A stretch of 64,000 nucleotides of DNA, taken from assembly GCF_036321535.1 (NCBI RefSeq), contig NC_087436.1, positions 27,034,001-27,098,000 of the forward strand, given 5' to 3'. This DNA is from Camelus dromedarius. Taxonomy: Eukaryota. This document shows positions 27,805-40,330 of this stretch, piece by piece. Under the pieces are notes generated by a model that had not been told where the DNA came from, made no database searches, and worked only from the letters and a program-made list of their open reading frames with translations. The position numbers and the translations under genes are program-made. How positions within the stretch are numbered: the stretch's first letter is position 1; each line of letters begins with the position of its first letter.

Positions 27805-29093
27805 CTTGCCAAACCAAATTTCCAACTATATTCTTTCAGAGATTCTTTATGAAAAACTATCTAAACAATTCTCTCATCATCTGAAGTACGCATCATAATT
27901 AAGCTGGTTTATTTTATGTACTTTTTTTCTATATAGTTTTCATTTTTACCAGTCTGTTCTCTCTCAGCCAATTCTTTATGCCGTGTTTTCCTACTTTACT
28001 AAATACAACAGTGATTGCTCCTTTTCCTAAACTGTGTGAAACATATTTTTTCCTTAGAATTCTTCACATATATATAATTTCTCATATGCATATTATATTT
28101 TGTACTTTACGTAATATAGTACTGTGCTTAACTCTTTCAATATATTTAATTTAATTTAATTTAATCATACTTCTGTAAAATAACTATATGAACTCGATAA
28201 ATTAGGCCCCAAATAAAATACACTAGACATTTTCCAGATGAAAGTCTGTCTCTCTATTAAGAATGCAAATAATAATAGTTCAAATTTAATTTTGTGAACT
28301 GTGAACTTCACATATAAGAAAACAAAAACTGACTTCCTGACTTCAACACTTTCAGCTTTTAACAACAGGTGGTCAGGGGCAGGACTTGTTTTTTTTGGGG
28401 GGGGGGTTTCTTCAACTATTGTGTATATTCTGGCACTATTTGTTTTAAGCCAAACATTTCTTCCAGATTTTGACCAAAGACTGAGTTTTAAGTAGTAAAA
28501 TATTTTTTGAATAATATGCATAGTCATTAAAGAAAAGATGACTGCATTTTTGTAACTGAAACTATGGCTATTTAAGTGTTTAATTTTAATGCTGGGTGAG
28601 ATAAATGATGAAAAATGCATTCCAAACTATCATTTTTCATTATTGTGTGGCAATAACTAGTTGAGTTTTTAATATTTAACTGAACTCTGATTTTTGAAGT
28701 CTATACATTTAATTTTGTTGTATCATTTATCTAATAAAGCTGTTGTTTAGGTTGTTCTTAAAAATATTTTAGGTCTAAGATTACATTTCTTAATTTTTTT
28801 TAAGTTTTAAAATATATATGTGGGATTATTGAGACCCAGATAAGCCATTTGTCCATGATCACACAGATAGCCAGGGAGGAAACAAATACTTTCAGTATTA
28901 CAACTGCTGATTATTTTCTTTCTTGGTCACCAACATCCTCATGAATCAATATGTATTTGTGTGAATCTGCAGTATGTTTAGCACTGTTCTGAAAGCTAAA
29001 TAGTGGTTTGAGTATTAATTGCCTGCAAGTTTTGTTGTGTGTGGTTTGTAATTTTCTAAATTCTTAATTTTGCTTTTCACTTTCTTTCTCAAG

Positions 29094-29178
29094 GTCTTGT
29101 GTCTAATACACCTCTGAAAATCCCAACGCAAGAAGTTTCTGTACAATTCTATGAGAGATTAAAAAACTTTTGTTTGTG
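29094..29178 (+). other. Candidate internal exon (85 nt), probably non-coding
   Basis: Pyrimidine tract TTTTCACTTTCTTTCTC AAG acceptor and GTG|GTGAGT donor. One open frame (LVSNTPLKIPTQEVSVQFYERLKNFCL), not a protein I recognise. Confidence 0.3.
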
Positions 29179-29747
29179 GTGAGTGATGTTGACTTTAGGC
29201 TTAGAGTAAGAGGGGATGCAGACTTCCTGAGCCTCCTCTATTTCATTCTGTGCTTACCTGGCTGACTGATTATGTGCTCTGAATGGACACCTGGCCAAAA
29301 AATTCAAGGCAGTTCAATGTTGTATGCCTTTGACAGTGCAATTCACCCTCCAAGTCTTATTTGTTCAGAAGTTTTTTAAAAATACTATTTTCAGATGATT
29401 GGATCTTAAAATACTGAAAGAGTTAAAACAAAAAGGACAAAGAGAATAAATACTAATATTCTAAGACGATCCTCCACATAGGATTTAGACAATAGTCTAA
29501 GTGGAATAGTCAATGAATGTTAAAGATTTATTTATATTTTAACAATGTAAAATATAATTCAATAAATATAAATATAAGTGTAAAATATAATTCAATAAAA
29601 TATAATTGTTGTTGTGTTATAGGATTTAACAAGTATGTAGAACCAAAACAATAATACACATCCTGTGAAATGAAGTAGGCTAGTGGACTGATCACTTTGC
29701 CCTACCAAATTATCTCATGCTGTACCTGTCCCCATCTGAACAGAAAC

Positions 29748-29749
<2 letters not shown>

Positions 29750-29789
<40 letters not shown>
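29750..29789. repeat. (CA)n microsatellite
   Basis: About 20 perfect AC units. Confidence 0.98.
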
Positions 29790-29791
<2 letters not shown>

Positions 29792-31044
29792 AATGTGTTT
29801 CAAAAAAGCCTTGAGTCAGAGCATGCAAAAGAAATAAAAAGCTCTGCTTTTACTTAATTTCTGGGGACAAGTTAAAATTTATTAAACTCCTTCTACACTT
29901 GAAAATGTCTGTTGAAGATTCTTTAAGATTTGAAGGGGAAGGTGGTGAACATTTATTAAGTCAGTTCACTGAGCACTGAGCAATGGATTAAGGGAAGGTA
30001 AGCTTGGCCTGAAAGACAATAATAAATTCAAGACCAATTTGTTTTCTATCTCAACCCTTCTTTGTACTATTACTATCATGTGATGTAAGTCCTCTCACAA
30101 TGTGAGGGGTTATTAAATTTATCATTAATGTTAAGGAATTTTTGTATCTCCACCCATAATGCATGAAAAAGAATACTTTAGCATATACCTATGTGCTTTG
30201 TAATAGAAAATTACATTTACTGCCTATATGTATAGGATGTGATACAAAATCACTCATGTAAGTAGTGTGACTGAAAATATCTAATGTGTGAAATTCAGTC
30301 ATCACCTGCCATCCTGCATATAAGCTTAGTCTATCAAGTAGTTAGCCATTATTTTTAAACCCTGAAGTTACATCAGGGACACTATATTCTTCCAAAAGGG
30401 TAATGTCACTTGAATTTAAAATAAATATGACATCTTTGGTTATCACATGAATATTTTATTTGACTGTTGCTGCTACCAAACTGTCAATGTTACTGTTTAC
30501 TGATTTGAGTTTATGTGAAGAACATCATAGTATTGTCATGTTTGTCTTTCATTGTAGAATATCTTTGAACTTCTTATATTTATAAAAATCATGTTAAATC
30601 AAAGTTTTATCTTACACCATTTTATATTTACAAAGTGATTCCACATATCTTCATAATAGACTCATAAAATAGGTCATATTATATCAAAACTAAAACTACT
30701 GTTGAAGCCTAATGAGTTTTTAAGGACAAAGGCCATATTATAAGATGAAAACCTGGGATCAGAAAGAATTAGAGAAATCAACAGCTATCACCTGTCAGAA
30801 TCTCCCATTAGAGTATTTCATGGATGTTGCAAACTAAAGCTTGAAATCTTGGATTGTTATTAGTTACTGGTCATTACCAATAACAAAGAGTAGCTAATAG
30901 TAAATGTAAATAATGTATTTCTAAGAACAAAACCTAGCCTATCAGAAAAGTGGCCTAAAATTGAGTATGTCACCACATGGTATTAGTTAGTGAAAGAATG
31001 TATTGAAAACCCAATCTCTCTTTAGGTAAGTAATCTACATAAGA

Positions 31045-31753
31045 TGTCAAGGGAAATGCAAAATAAATAAATAAATAAATAAAATGCTCCATTCTCCCTG
31101 TTGAAAATAAGTAATGAGACTTCCCCCCTTCCTTTCCTTAGAGTGTTTGCTTTAGAAAACTTGTAAGTTCTTTCTGTCTCTTTGAAATGTATAAATATAT
31201 TTTTTAAAAGCTAAAGCTTCTTCCAACTTTGATACCCAGGAATGTCTTTCTCAAGGGCCCAGAATCGTCTCTTTGAAATTGTAATCATCAAAGAAGATAG
31301 GACCTCTGTCTCTCAGTTTCTTTGGGAGAGTAGGAGCCTAACTTCAGTGGGTGCCTTGCTCCAAGGTGTAAAAATACCTCCTATCATAAAGACAGTAGAA
31401 GTTTATTTCCCTTTGGATTAAGCCAATTAACAAACAGATGGCTACCCCAAAGACCAGGTGAATCTAGAATGAACATTCTGTTTAAATGGTTCTATCTAGT
31501 CCTCTTACTTGAGGACTAGTTATTGTTTATCTTAAGAATGCATCTGTAATGATTCATATTTGCTTGTCCATACAAAAGGATGAGACTTCTTTCTGTCTTT
31601 GCAGTCTGTTTTATTAGTATGCATGTGATTGCACATAATGTTCTGCTTTAATGCCTATTTAATAATAAAAATTGTTTTCTTTCTCTTCTACCTTTGTGGA
31701 AGGGTTTTCTGGTTTGGAAGGAGGTTTTGTTTTTAATTAAAATCTTCCCAACA
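31045..31753 (+). mobile_element. ERV1-class solo LTR (MER34/MER39-like)
   Basis: TG...CA termini; internal TTTAGAAAACTTGTAAG, TCTCTTTGAAAT, CCCAGGAATGTCTTTCTCAAGG and GGAGCCTAACTTC; AATAAA followed by TTTTCTTTCTCTTCTACCTTTGTGGA. Confidence 0.75.
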
Positions 31754-32972
31754 GGGGTCAACCTGTAAAAAGGGAAAATTCACTGTTCCTTATTTTGATT
31801 TAGATATCATAAGTGTAAATTCAGTGGAATATAGTAAATATAAATATAAAACTAAATCATATTCATGTTTAATTCTTGGATGGTATTCTCAATGAAAGTA
31901 TTTTTCTGAGATACAACTTTTCATTGCACAAAATTTGAACTCCCAATGCTTTTAAAATATCAAATAATTAATAAAAAGAAGTAATTGTTTTGCACTCAAT
32001 ATTGGAATTAATATTGCTAAATATTTTCTTCATTTTGTAAAGAATATGAATTAAACTTATAAAACAAAATAACAGTAGCTTCCCTTCTCCCTCAGCTTCT
32101 TAGCAATATAAATTGTATTGTTTGATAGTTTAACTGTGATATTAAAGTGCTGGTGTATCTTTCCTAGATCAAGACTGGGAGCACTGAAGCAGAGAAAAGG
32201 GAGAGGCTTCCACAATCCAGCTATGCTCTACTGCTCATTGTATTTGACATGCTTCATGATGAGTAAGGGATACAGAGTACTATATACAGCCTTACTGCAG
32301 CCAGATATAATTATATCAGTAAATATTTGAAATTATAGCTATTTCCAAGTGTGGAATCTATGAAACTAGAAAATAGAATTTAAAAAACCACAATCAAAAT
32401 TGCACTGTAACTGTTACCAATATTGGTACTTATAAACTTTCAGTGAAAAACTTAGGGACTTTTAAGAAAATTACTTCTTAAATCTGACCTAAAATAAACA
32501 TTGCAGGACAACTCTGACACTGTTATTTACTAAAATTATCAGAGTATGTCTAGCTAGATTTAATTTTTCTTATGTATTCTGACGTGGTAGAGAATCAATA
32601 AAATAATTATCAACTTAATTATGAAACAATACACAGGTTTTAAGTAAGGTGATCTATCTGTGAACACTAACCTAGCACAGTGTTGTTAACTAACCATGAA
32701 ACTTTGAGCATTTAATCTCTCTGACCTTCAAATTCTACAATTGTGAAATCAGAGGACTAAAAGAACTTTTCTTTTCCTTACCTGAGTGTTTCTTTGTTTA
32801 CTCATTCGTTTGTTTTTATTATTGTTTTCCTTTCCCTGAAAATCAAATGAAATACTGTGACTGCAGCTTATGAAATTTCCAATACTGTACTGATATTGTT
32901 ACTCATATTTATTCCCTTTTTTAAGCTAATTGGTACTTACATGCTAATACCCATCCTTTGTTTCCTTAGCAG

Positions 32973-33063
32973 GTATTTGGGATTTCCAGTGTTCAGTAGT
33001 TCTAGATGTTTTTTAGAACTTTATTGGTTCTAGGAGTTTGACAGGAGACTGATCTACGAAAGG
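32973..33063 (+). other. Candidate internal exon (91 nt), non-coding
   Basis: Branch-like GCTAAT (32943), pyrimidine tract, tandem acceptor TAGCAG and consensus donor AGG|GTAAGT. Stops in all three frames. Confidence 0.35.
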
Positions 33064-33600
33064 GTAAGTCAAAAACTACAATCAAATGCTTTTCCTAGCC
33101 TTCTAATTTGTCTGTTCCTTCTTATGTTTTCAAATCCTGGGTGTGCTTTCTGTTTAAATTGAAGGTTGTGCTCATACGTGTGCATTTACACATTAATGCA
33201 AGATAGGACATCCTAGGCATGAAACAGTGCAATTACAATTAGAGACAAGACTTCTGAGCCATTCCAGGAAATTGCTTAAGTCCTTTTTATACATACAGAG
33301 TCATATGGAGATGAAACTTGCATATGCCACTTAAATCCTTAAATAAGTTTGAATGGAAACAAAGTGAGTCCTGAAGTGCCCGATCATGTAGGTGGTGGTG
33401 TTGCCCACAGACATAAGGAATGAGCAGAAACTTGTGAGCAGTCGTGTTGAATAATCACCTTTAACAATTGCTTCAGTGAATCTTTAGATGTATCATTTTT
33501 ATTTGTGCAGATATTCATCTTCCCCCAAAAGCACTGAAACAAGGTAATAAGAACAGCACTGATAAAAGGTGAAATAGAAATCTAAACAAAATATTAGAAG

Positions 33601-33601
<1 letters not shown>

Positions 33602-33636
<35 letters not shown>
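33602..33636. repeat. (TG)n microsatellite
   Basis: About 17 TG units. Confidence 0.98.
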
Positions 33637-33638
<2 letters not shown>

Positions 33639-34701
33639 GCCACATTAATACTCCATAAATAAGTGTCTGACTGTTTACTCAGCTTTAAAGCAGTCAAGAG
33701 GATAGGGTGAAACACGGTCACTTGAAGAACTGTCATCATCTGAAAGGAAGAGAACATTAGTTCCTTAGGGGAAGTAAGTTATAGCTTGCATACTTCTACC
33801 AAAAATAAAACAAAACAAAACACACTTAAACTTCACCTGGGGCTCTATCTAAAGAGCCTAAAATGATAGTTTTTTTCTACAGTCTTCCTACAGATAATGA
33901 AGTCACAAATTTCACATGGCTAGATAGTGACACTTCTTTAGACAGCAACCAAGGGCTTAACATTAAAATAAAGCTCAGTAAGTTTATGTCTGTGTGGCTT
34001 TTAGGAATAGAAAGAAAATACCTAGATGAGTGGCTAGATTGGATATCATCCAAATCAATTGACCAAGATAATTTCTCTTATCCAGTATATTTATTGGTAC
34101 TGAAGAACAATACAGAATAATAATGTATTCTCAGATGAGAGCCTAGGGCAATGACTTTGTGAAATGCTGATGGAAGGTTCATTCATATGCATTAAAAATC
34201 AAACAATGAATAAATATAATCAAGAATTTCTCAAGAATTGATGGCTGGTTCAATTTAGACTCATAGGTGGTACTAAGTAGTTGCTGAAGATCATGTCAAG
34301 CTTTATTTTAAGTATGCATTTCTTTCATACATGCAAATTTAATCAGGTTAGCATCAAAACTCCAGGGAAGTCATTTCAGTATATGAGTATTTCTTCTTGA
34401 TAACTCGGATTTCAAGATAACTGTTGTCATAATTTCTGAGCAAAAATAACCATATCTCCCTACCAAGCTTATAATTCTCTTTTTATCATCAAAAGTATAC
34501 TACTTATATAGTTATGAAAAATTAAATAAAGTAGTACTTTTTTGAAAAGCTATAGAAACTACAAGTAGTACCTAAAAACAGCTTACATGTAATTTATTAA
34601 AGCTTATTCCAGGTCCTGCCTACTCCCAAAATAATGATGAAGACAAATTACTTCTGATATAGACAAGGGTAGTAAGATCCCAAAATTTAGAAATACAGCA
34701 C

Positions 34702-35095
34702 TGTAGCAGGGTCTTTTAGAACATCATAATTTCTACCTCTTAGATTTTATATCCTGGCCTCCCTTGTTAAATGTGGCCACATGATTGAGTTCTATACAAC
34801 TAAGCTGAATGTAAGTAACTAATGCCTCTCCTACCTCCTGGCCCATTAATAAGCGTCTTCCACTCATGAACCTTTGTACCCTTATCCCTCTGCCAGCTGA
34901 ATGTCTGCCAGGGGCAATTTTGGAGGATACATGTTGAAGACTCAGTGTCTCTGACGGCTTATTATTGAATTACTATGTAAAATAGAGTACTTCCACCAAC
35001 CTGCATCTGCCTTGATCTAAATACCTAATTGAGGAATAAAAGTTTATCGTGTGGAAACATTACACTTTTAGGGGTATATTTATTACTATAGGGGT
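34702..35095 (+). mobile_element. Old MaLR LTR (MLT1J-like)
   Basis: CCTCCCTTG...TGTGGCCACATGATTGAGTTCT, CCTGGCCCAT, CATGTTGAAGA and AATAAA near the end. Confidence 0.6.
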
Positions 35096-35109
35096 ACATT
35101 CATTGTATT

Positions 35110-35745
35110 AGCCTGTGTGAGTCATTTAATGTTGTCCTGCACATGAGATCTTGTTTCTGTTTGAGATGCATTTTTCCTGTTTGTATTTCTATGTAACTGT
35201 GACAGCCAGTCTAAATTTGTGTTTACACATGTATTAGTTTGTAGCCTATATTCACCAGCCTCTTTGAATTCATCTCTTATGCTTCCTTGTGCTGCAGCCA
35301 CTCTGGTGTTCTTTTTGTTCCTCATATATGCCCTGCTCGCTTCTGCTTTAGAACTCCTGCACTGAATTTTCCATTTGCAATGTTCTTTCTTTCCTTTGTT
35401 CTTTGCATGACTGTCTTCTTTTCATCTTTCACGTGTTACCTCAAACATGTAGTCATCTTATCTGAGAGCTTTCTTTGCTCACGTTAATGGAGACCACCTA
35501 CTGTTTGACTTCCAGAACCCTATTATTGTGCTTATTGTTATAGGAATTTTGCTTCTTCATTGATTCTGTTTTTGGTTGTATGTATATGAATGTGTATGTT
35601 TGCATATTTTTCTCCCTCCTCTAAATCTAGCCTTCAATATGACAAAGATTTTGTCTTTTTTTGTTCTCCAACTTATCTCAGTGCCTTGGATGAATAATTC
35701 CTGGTACATAGTAAGAGTTCAATAAATACATTTCCAATTCACTAT
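35110..35745 (+). mobile_element. LINE-2 3' end
   Basis: TGCTGCAGCCACTCTGG and terminal CCTGGTACATAGTAAGAGTTCAATAAATACATTT. Confidence 0.7.
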
Positions 35746-38110
35746 GAACACTGCTTGTTCAAAGATAGACTAATAGATAAAAGTTGGATTGTCAAAGCCA
35801 GTAGATGCTCAGTGAATATTTCTAATGTAGTCCTAGTTTATCTTCAAGTATTACTGAGCAAACTAATTTACCATGGAGCTGCATTACATGGGGAGATAAA
35901 AGCAAATATTGACTCTGGCTGAAATTCTATAAAAGTTCTATGGAGGCTTATTTAACATTTCATAAAAATTTAAATGCCTCTATAGTGCTTTACATACACC
36001 ATAACTTCAAAGTTAATGAAGAGTTTACTGCCTTTGAAGAAAGTAATTAAAAGGTGACTTATTCATTTATTTTATTATAAGTTTCAATAGGCTTTTAAAT
36101 ATGTATTATTATATTTTGAAATTAATGGAAATATGAAAGCCATGTTTAACTTATTTAAAAATAAAAGTAATGCAGTCTTTTATTCAAACCTGATAATTAA
36201 GTTATGCACATTCTTAGGAAAATCTATAGAGTTTCATTTAATGTATATTATATATTTTTACATAAATGGCTTATGGAATGAATGACAATGCAGTTGTTGA
36301 ACATGAACACAGTTTAAATCTGACTAATTTATAATTAATCTCATCATATTCACTATAGTTTAAATTAGGTTATATTATAAGATGTACACTTTTAATTAAA
36401 AAGCATATCTTTAGAAAATCAATTAATTTCCTTTAAGCAACATATATATTAAGAACAAAAATATTTTAAATAGGTCAAAAACTGGTGAAAATAACCTACT
36501 TTAAAAAGCAGAGAAAGTCATTAAGTGTTTTCATTAAAAATTTATTTTTTTGTAGCAATACAGAAAACTAAGAGATACTTCAATAACATGTGGTTTATGT
36601 GGGAAGATATGATTTACCACCTCCTATCTTTCTGTCTACTTATATATGCATACTTGTCTTTATTCATGTTTAAAACAATTTACTAAATAATTCTATCTTC
36701 TCAAATTGAAATCCATGTTGGGAAAAACAAATAAAATATAAATTACTCAAGAAAATTATAGTTTATTTAATGAAACCATTGAATAGACAGATGAATCCAC
36801 AGAACAACATACATGATTAATGAAATACTGTAGTATTTATGTGTTATTGAGAATGCGAAGAATATGGAACAATGTATTCATTTTGGATAATTGAGAATGA
36901 TTATGTAGTAATTGGCATGATTCTATCAATAAAAACTATTGTAAATCCCTATTTGAGAATGAAAAATGTATCAGAGATATATCTCCCTTTTAGAAGGCAC
37001 AACAGTTTAATTAAGGAAAGCTGTTTTGGAGCACTATTTTTGAACTTAAAAGTACTTTCTTCAGGTAAATTATTTAGCTTCCTTCTGTGAGCTGAAAAAG
37101 AGATCTATCACTGAATAAAGAACATGGATTCACTAATCAGTTTAAGAAAACTTCTTGATGAGATTAAGTTTTATTAAACTCTTTTCGCTATCATAAAGGA
37201 TACATTTTGCTATTTCTATTCCTGTGTATACTTTTCATTCAGTAGAAATGAGTAAGAACTCTTGTTGACTAGTTTTATTAAAGAGATTGACTTGTCCAAA
37301 TTGTAAATATTTGTATTTTATGAATGTCATAGGTGGTAAAATAAATTATAAGAGTTGCAGAATGTCATAAACCATGGAAAATGCAGTAAGTAGTGACAGT
37401 GTATAAATGTAAACGTTGTTGCTCACTTCAAATCTAAATGAACTTAAAATGATTTTTTTCAAATGTTAGCACCTTAAATTGGATTATTTTCTTATAGACA
37501 ATATTAAAAACCCCGAAGTGATTTATGGTATTTAAAAGAGCTGCTGCTCTCTCCTGCATTCCTTCTTCATTGGTAAAAAGTAAAAGCTCTTTAGGAAGTT
37601 TCAAAATCTAATTATGGATTTATGTTTATTTAAGTGCTCACTTATTTTTACAATAGTCTCTTTCTCTAAAAAGCTTATAGCATAGACTAATTCAGAAATA
37701 GATTTAACGATAAGGGCAATCCAATATCTTAAAAGCTTTAAAAGGAGTATGTCTGACATCCAATGGCTGTATGTTAAGTATCTAATTCTGCCTTATTTTC
37801 TTCTGAATTTATGGTAATATTCTTTTTTTACTACTTATGCACATCTTTAGTGAAGGGAGCTGACTGCTCCTTGTAGGCCTGCAAATGGAAATATCTATTA
37901 ATGAATATGAAAAACAGTCATCATTAGCCTAGCCCCTCTGATCTCTTTCATTCTGTAGCCTGAGTAACTCAACTGCATCGGTAGGTATATATTTTCTCTA
38001 TTTTACACAATGACCAAAAGAACTGAGCTTCAGCCTCATGTTTCTTACAACCAAAATTAATTCAGTTTTCATCATCTGACCCTGACTGGGTAAAACAATG
38101 CTAGTAGATC

Positions 38111-38166
38111 TTTTCCTACTTTTTTCTACTTTTCCTACTTTTTTTCTACTTTTCCTACTTTTTCTT
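38111..38166. repeat. Short pyrimidine minisatellite (TTTT(T/C)CTAC)n
   Basis: Five 9-11-nt units of T-run plus CTAC. Confidence 0.85.
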
Positions 38167-38207
38167 TAGTCCCAGTCATGAATGATGAATTTATTCTTGT
38201 AACTGAA

Positions 38208-38349
38208 TTTTTTTATTGAAGCATAGTTGGTTTACAATGTTGTGTTAGTTTCACTGCTGTACATCACAACATTGTGATGTACAGCAGTGATTCAGATATG
38301 TGTGTGTGTGTGTGTGTATGTGTGTATACTTTTTAGATTCTTTCCATTA
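38208..38349 (-). mobile_element. Very short LINE-1 3' terminal insertion
   Basis: TTTTTATTGAAGCATAGTTGGTTTACAATGTTGTGTTAGTTTC is an antisense L1 3' end. TSD core CTTGTAACT at 38196 and 38350. Confidence 0.8.
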
Positions 38350-38909
38350 CTTGTAACTAACTTTGACTTGGATTCATTCATTCTTGTGACTAAACTGCAT
38401 AATAACAAGTAAGTTTCAAAGCTGTACCTTGTTTTTTGCATCATACTTTGGCAACCTTACTGTTGTGCCCCAGTGGCTGGTTATACCACTATAATATCTT
38501 GATTTATTCCAAGAACCATCATCCTATGCCAGAGTGTAGCACTTGTCTAGGTCCCCAAGGTCCTGAAGGTAGGAATAGTACACCCACTTCAAAAAGACTG
38601 CAGTACTCTCTTAGAAACTACTAAACTATAGACTATCTGATTTATAATATCTGCTTGGTTCAGATCACATTCACTTACTGTGTGGCCCAGAATCACCACT
38701 GTTATATGCTGCTAACTCTTTGAGATGTCTTACTGCTTTGTCTGACTTTCTAGCATAGATGGTGGATCTAAAAATTGAATAGATATTATGGTAGCCTTAG
38801 ACAATGCATTACCACACTAAATACTCTCAGAAGTGTTTGGCTCTGTCATTCCTATGGTTAGGATTTGTGTGAAATAAACATATCCTCAAAAGTAACCTGT
38901 CTCAAGTGT

Positions 38910-40330
38910 GTCCAAGATGGCAGAGCAGGAAGGCCCTGAATTCACCTCCTCCCACAGGCACACCAAAATTACAACTATTTATAGAGCAGTTATCTATGAG
39001 TATGACCTGAAGACTAGCTGAAAGATATTCCACAAATAAACATGTAAAGAAATGGCAAGGAGATGGATGGGAGGAGTGGAGACACAGTATAGTCAAAACC
39101 CACACCCTTAGTATTTGACCCAAAAACAGGAAGATAATCACAATTTCAGAGGTTCTCCCAAGGGAGCAAGGGGTCCAAGCTGCCCTTTGGGCTTCCTAGC
39201 CCAGAAGCCCTGCTCTGGAAAGATAAGTCCCCAGGATATCTAGCTTTGAAGGCAAGTGATGCTTGTGTATGGGAGAGCCAGAGGGCTATAGGAAACAACT
39301 CCACTCTTAAAGGGTACACAAAATCTCATAAACACTGAGGCCCAGCACAGATGCAGAAATGAAAGGAGCTTGGGTCAGATTGACTTACTGATCTTGGAGA
39401 GCCTTCTAGACAGGCAGGAAGTAATGGATACTACCCCTGAAGATAGATGCTGGCAACAGGCATATTTGGGAGTTCATTCTACCACGAGGATACTGATGTA
39501 GGCAAGTATCATTTTAGAGTTCTTTCTTTAACCTGTTAGCTTTAGATGCTTACCCACTCACTGGTGGGCCAGCACCAGCCACAAGCCCCCCCCCCCCCAG
39601 CTCCCGGGCCTTGTAGCCTATACCAGGACCTGACCCTGAGAACAAGTGGGCTGACAGCCAAATGGGCCAGGGGCCAGCCCCACCTACCAGTGTGCCCATG
39701 GTAGTTGGCCCTGTTACAATAGAAAGAGCCATACAGCCCATACAAGGGGCACCATTGGTGACCAGAGATGAGTATGCTGCTAGGCCCCACGAGACATCAC
39801 CAAGATAAAGTCACTTCTCCAAGAGTGGGAAATGTAGCAGACCTAATACATAGAAATAAACTCAGAGAATTTGGCAAAATGAGAAAGCAGGGAATATGTT
39901 CCAAAGGAAAAAAGACAAAACCCAGAAGAACTGAACAAAATGGAGATAAGCAATCTACCTGAAAAAATGTTCACCATAATGATTGTACAGATGCTCAATG
40001 ACCTTGAGAGAAAGAATAGATGAACACAGTGAGAATTTGAATAGTTATAAAGTATAAAAAAGAACCAACCAAACAAATACAATAACTGAAAAAAGAAAAA
40101 ACTAATCAATGGTAGATTAGATTGTACAGAGAAACAGAGCAGCAAATTGAAAGATAGAGTAGAGGAAATCAATTGAACTGAACAGAAAAGAGAAAAAGGA
40201 ATTTAAAAAATGAGGATAATTTAAGAGATCTCTAGAATTACATCAGGTGTACTAACATTCACACTATGGAGAAGAAGAGGCAAAGTGACAGGGAAATTAT
40301 TTGAAGGAATAATAACTGAAAACTTCCCTA
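38910..40330 (+). mobile_element. LINE-1 5'UTR and ORF1 remnant
   Basis: CAAGATGGCAGAGCAGGAAG...CACCTCCTCCCAC 5' start and a GC-richer UTR. ORF1 strings GATAAGCAATCTACCTGA, TGCTCAATGACCTTG and ATTTGAAGGAATAATAACTGAAAACTTCCCTAA. Confidence 0.85.

Noticed and set aside
28165..28620. Longest ORF in the track (151 aa, minus strand)
   Set aside because: F/K/I/S-rich composition typical of AT-rich chance ORFs, no recognisable domain and no convincing splice context.
38111..38166. CRISPR-like or functional repeat array
   Set aside because: A simple spacer-less pyrimidine minisatellite in eukaryotic DNA.
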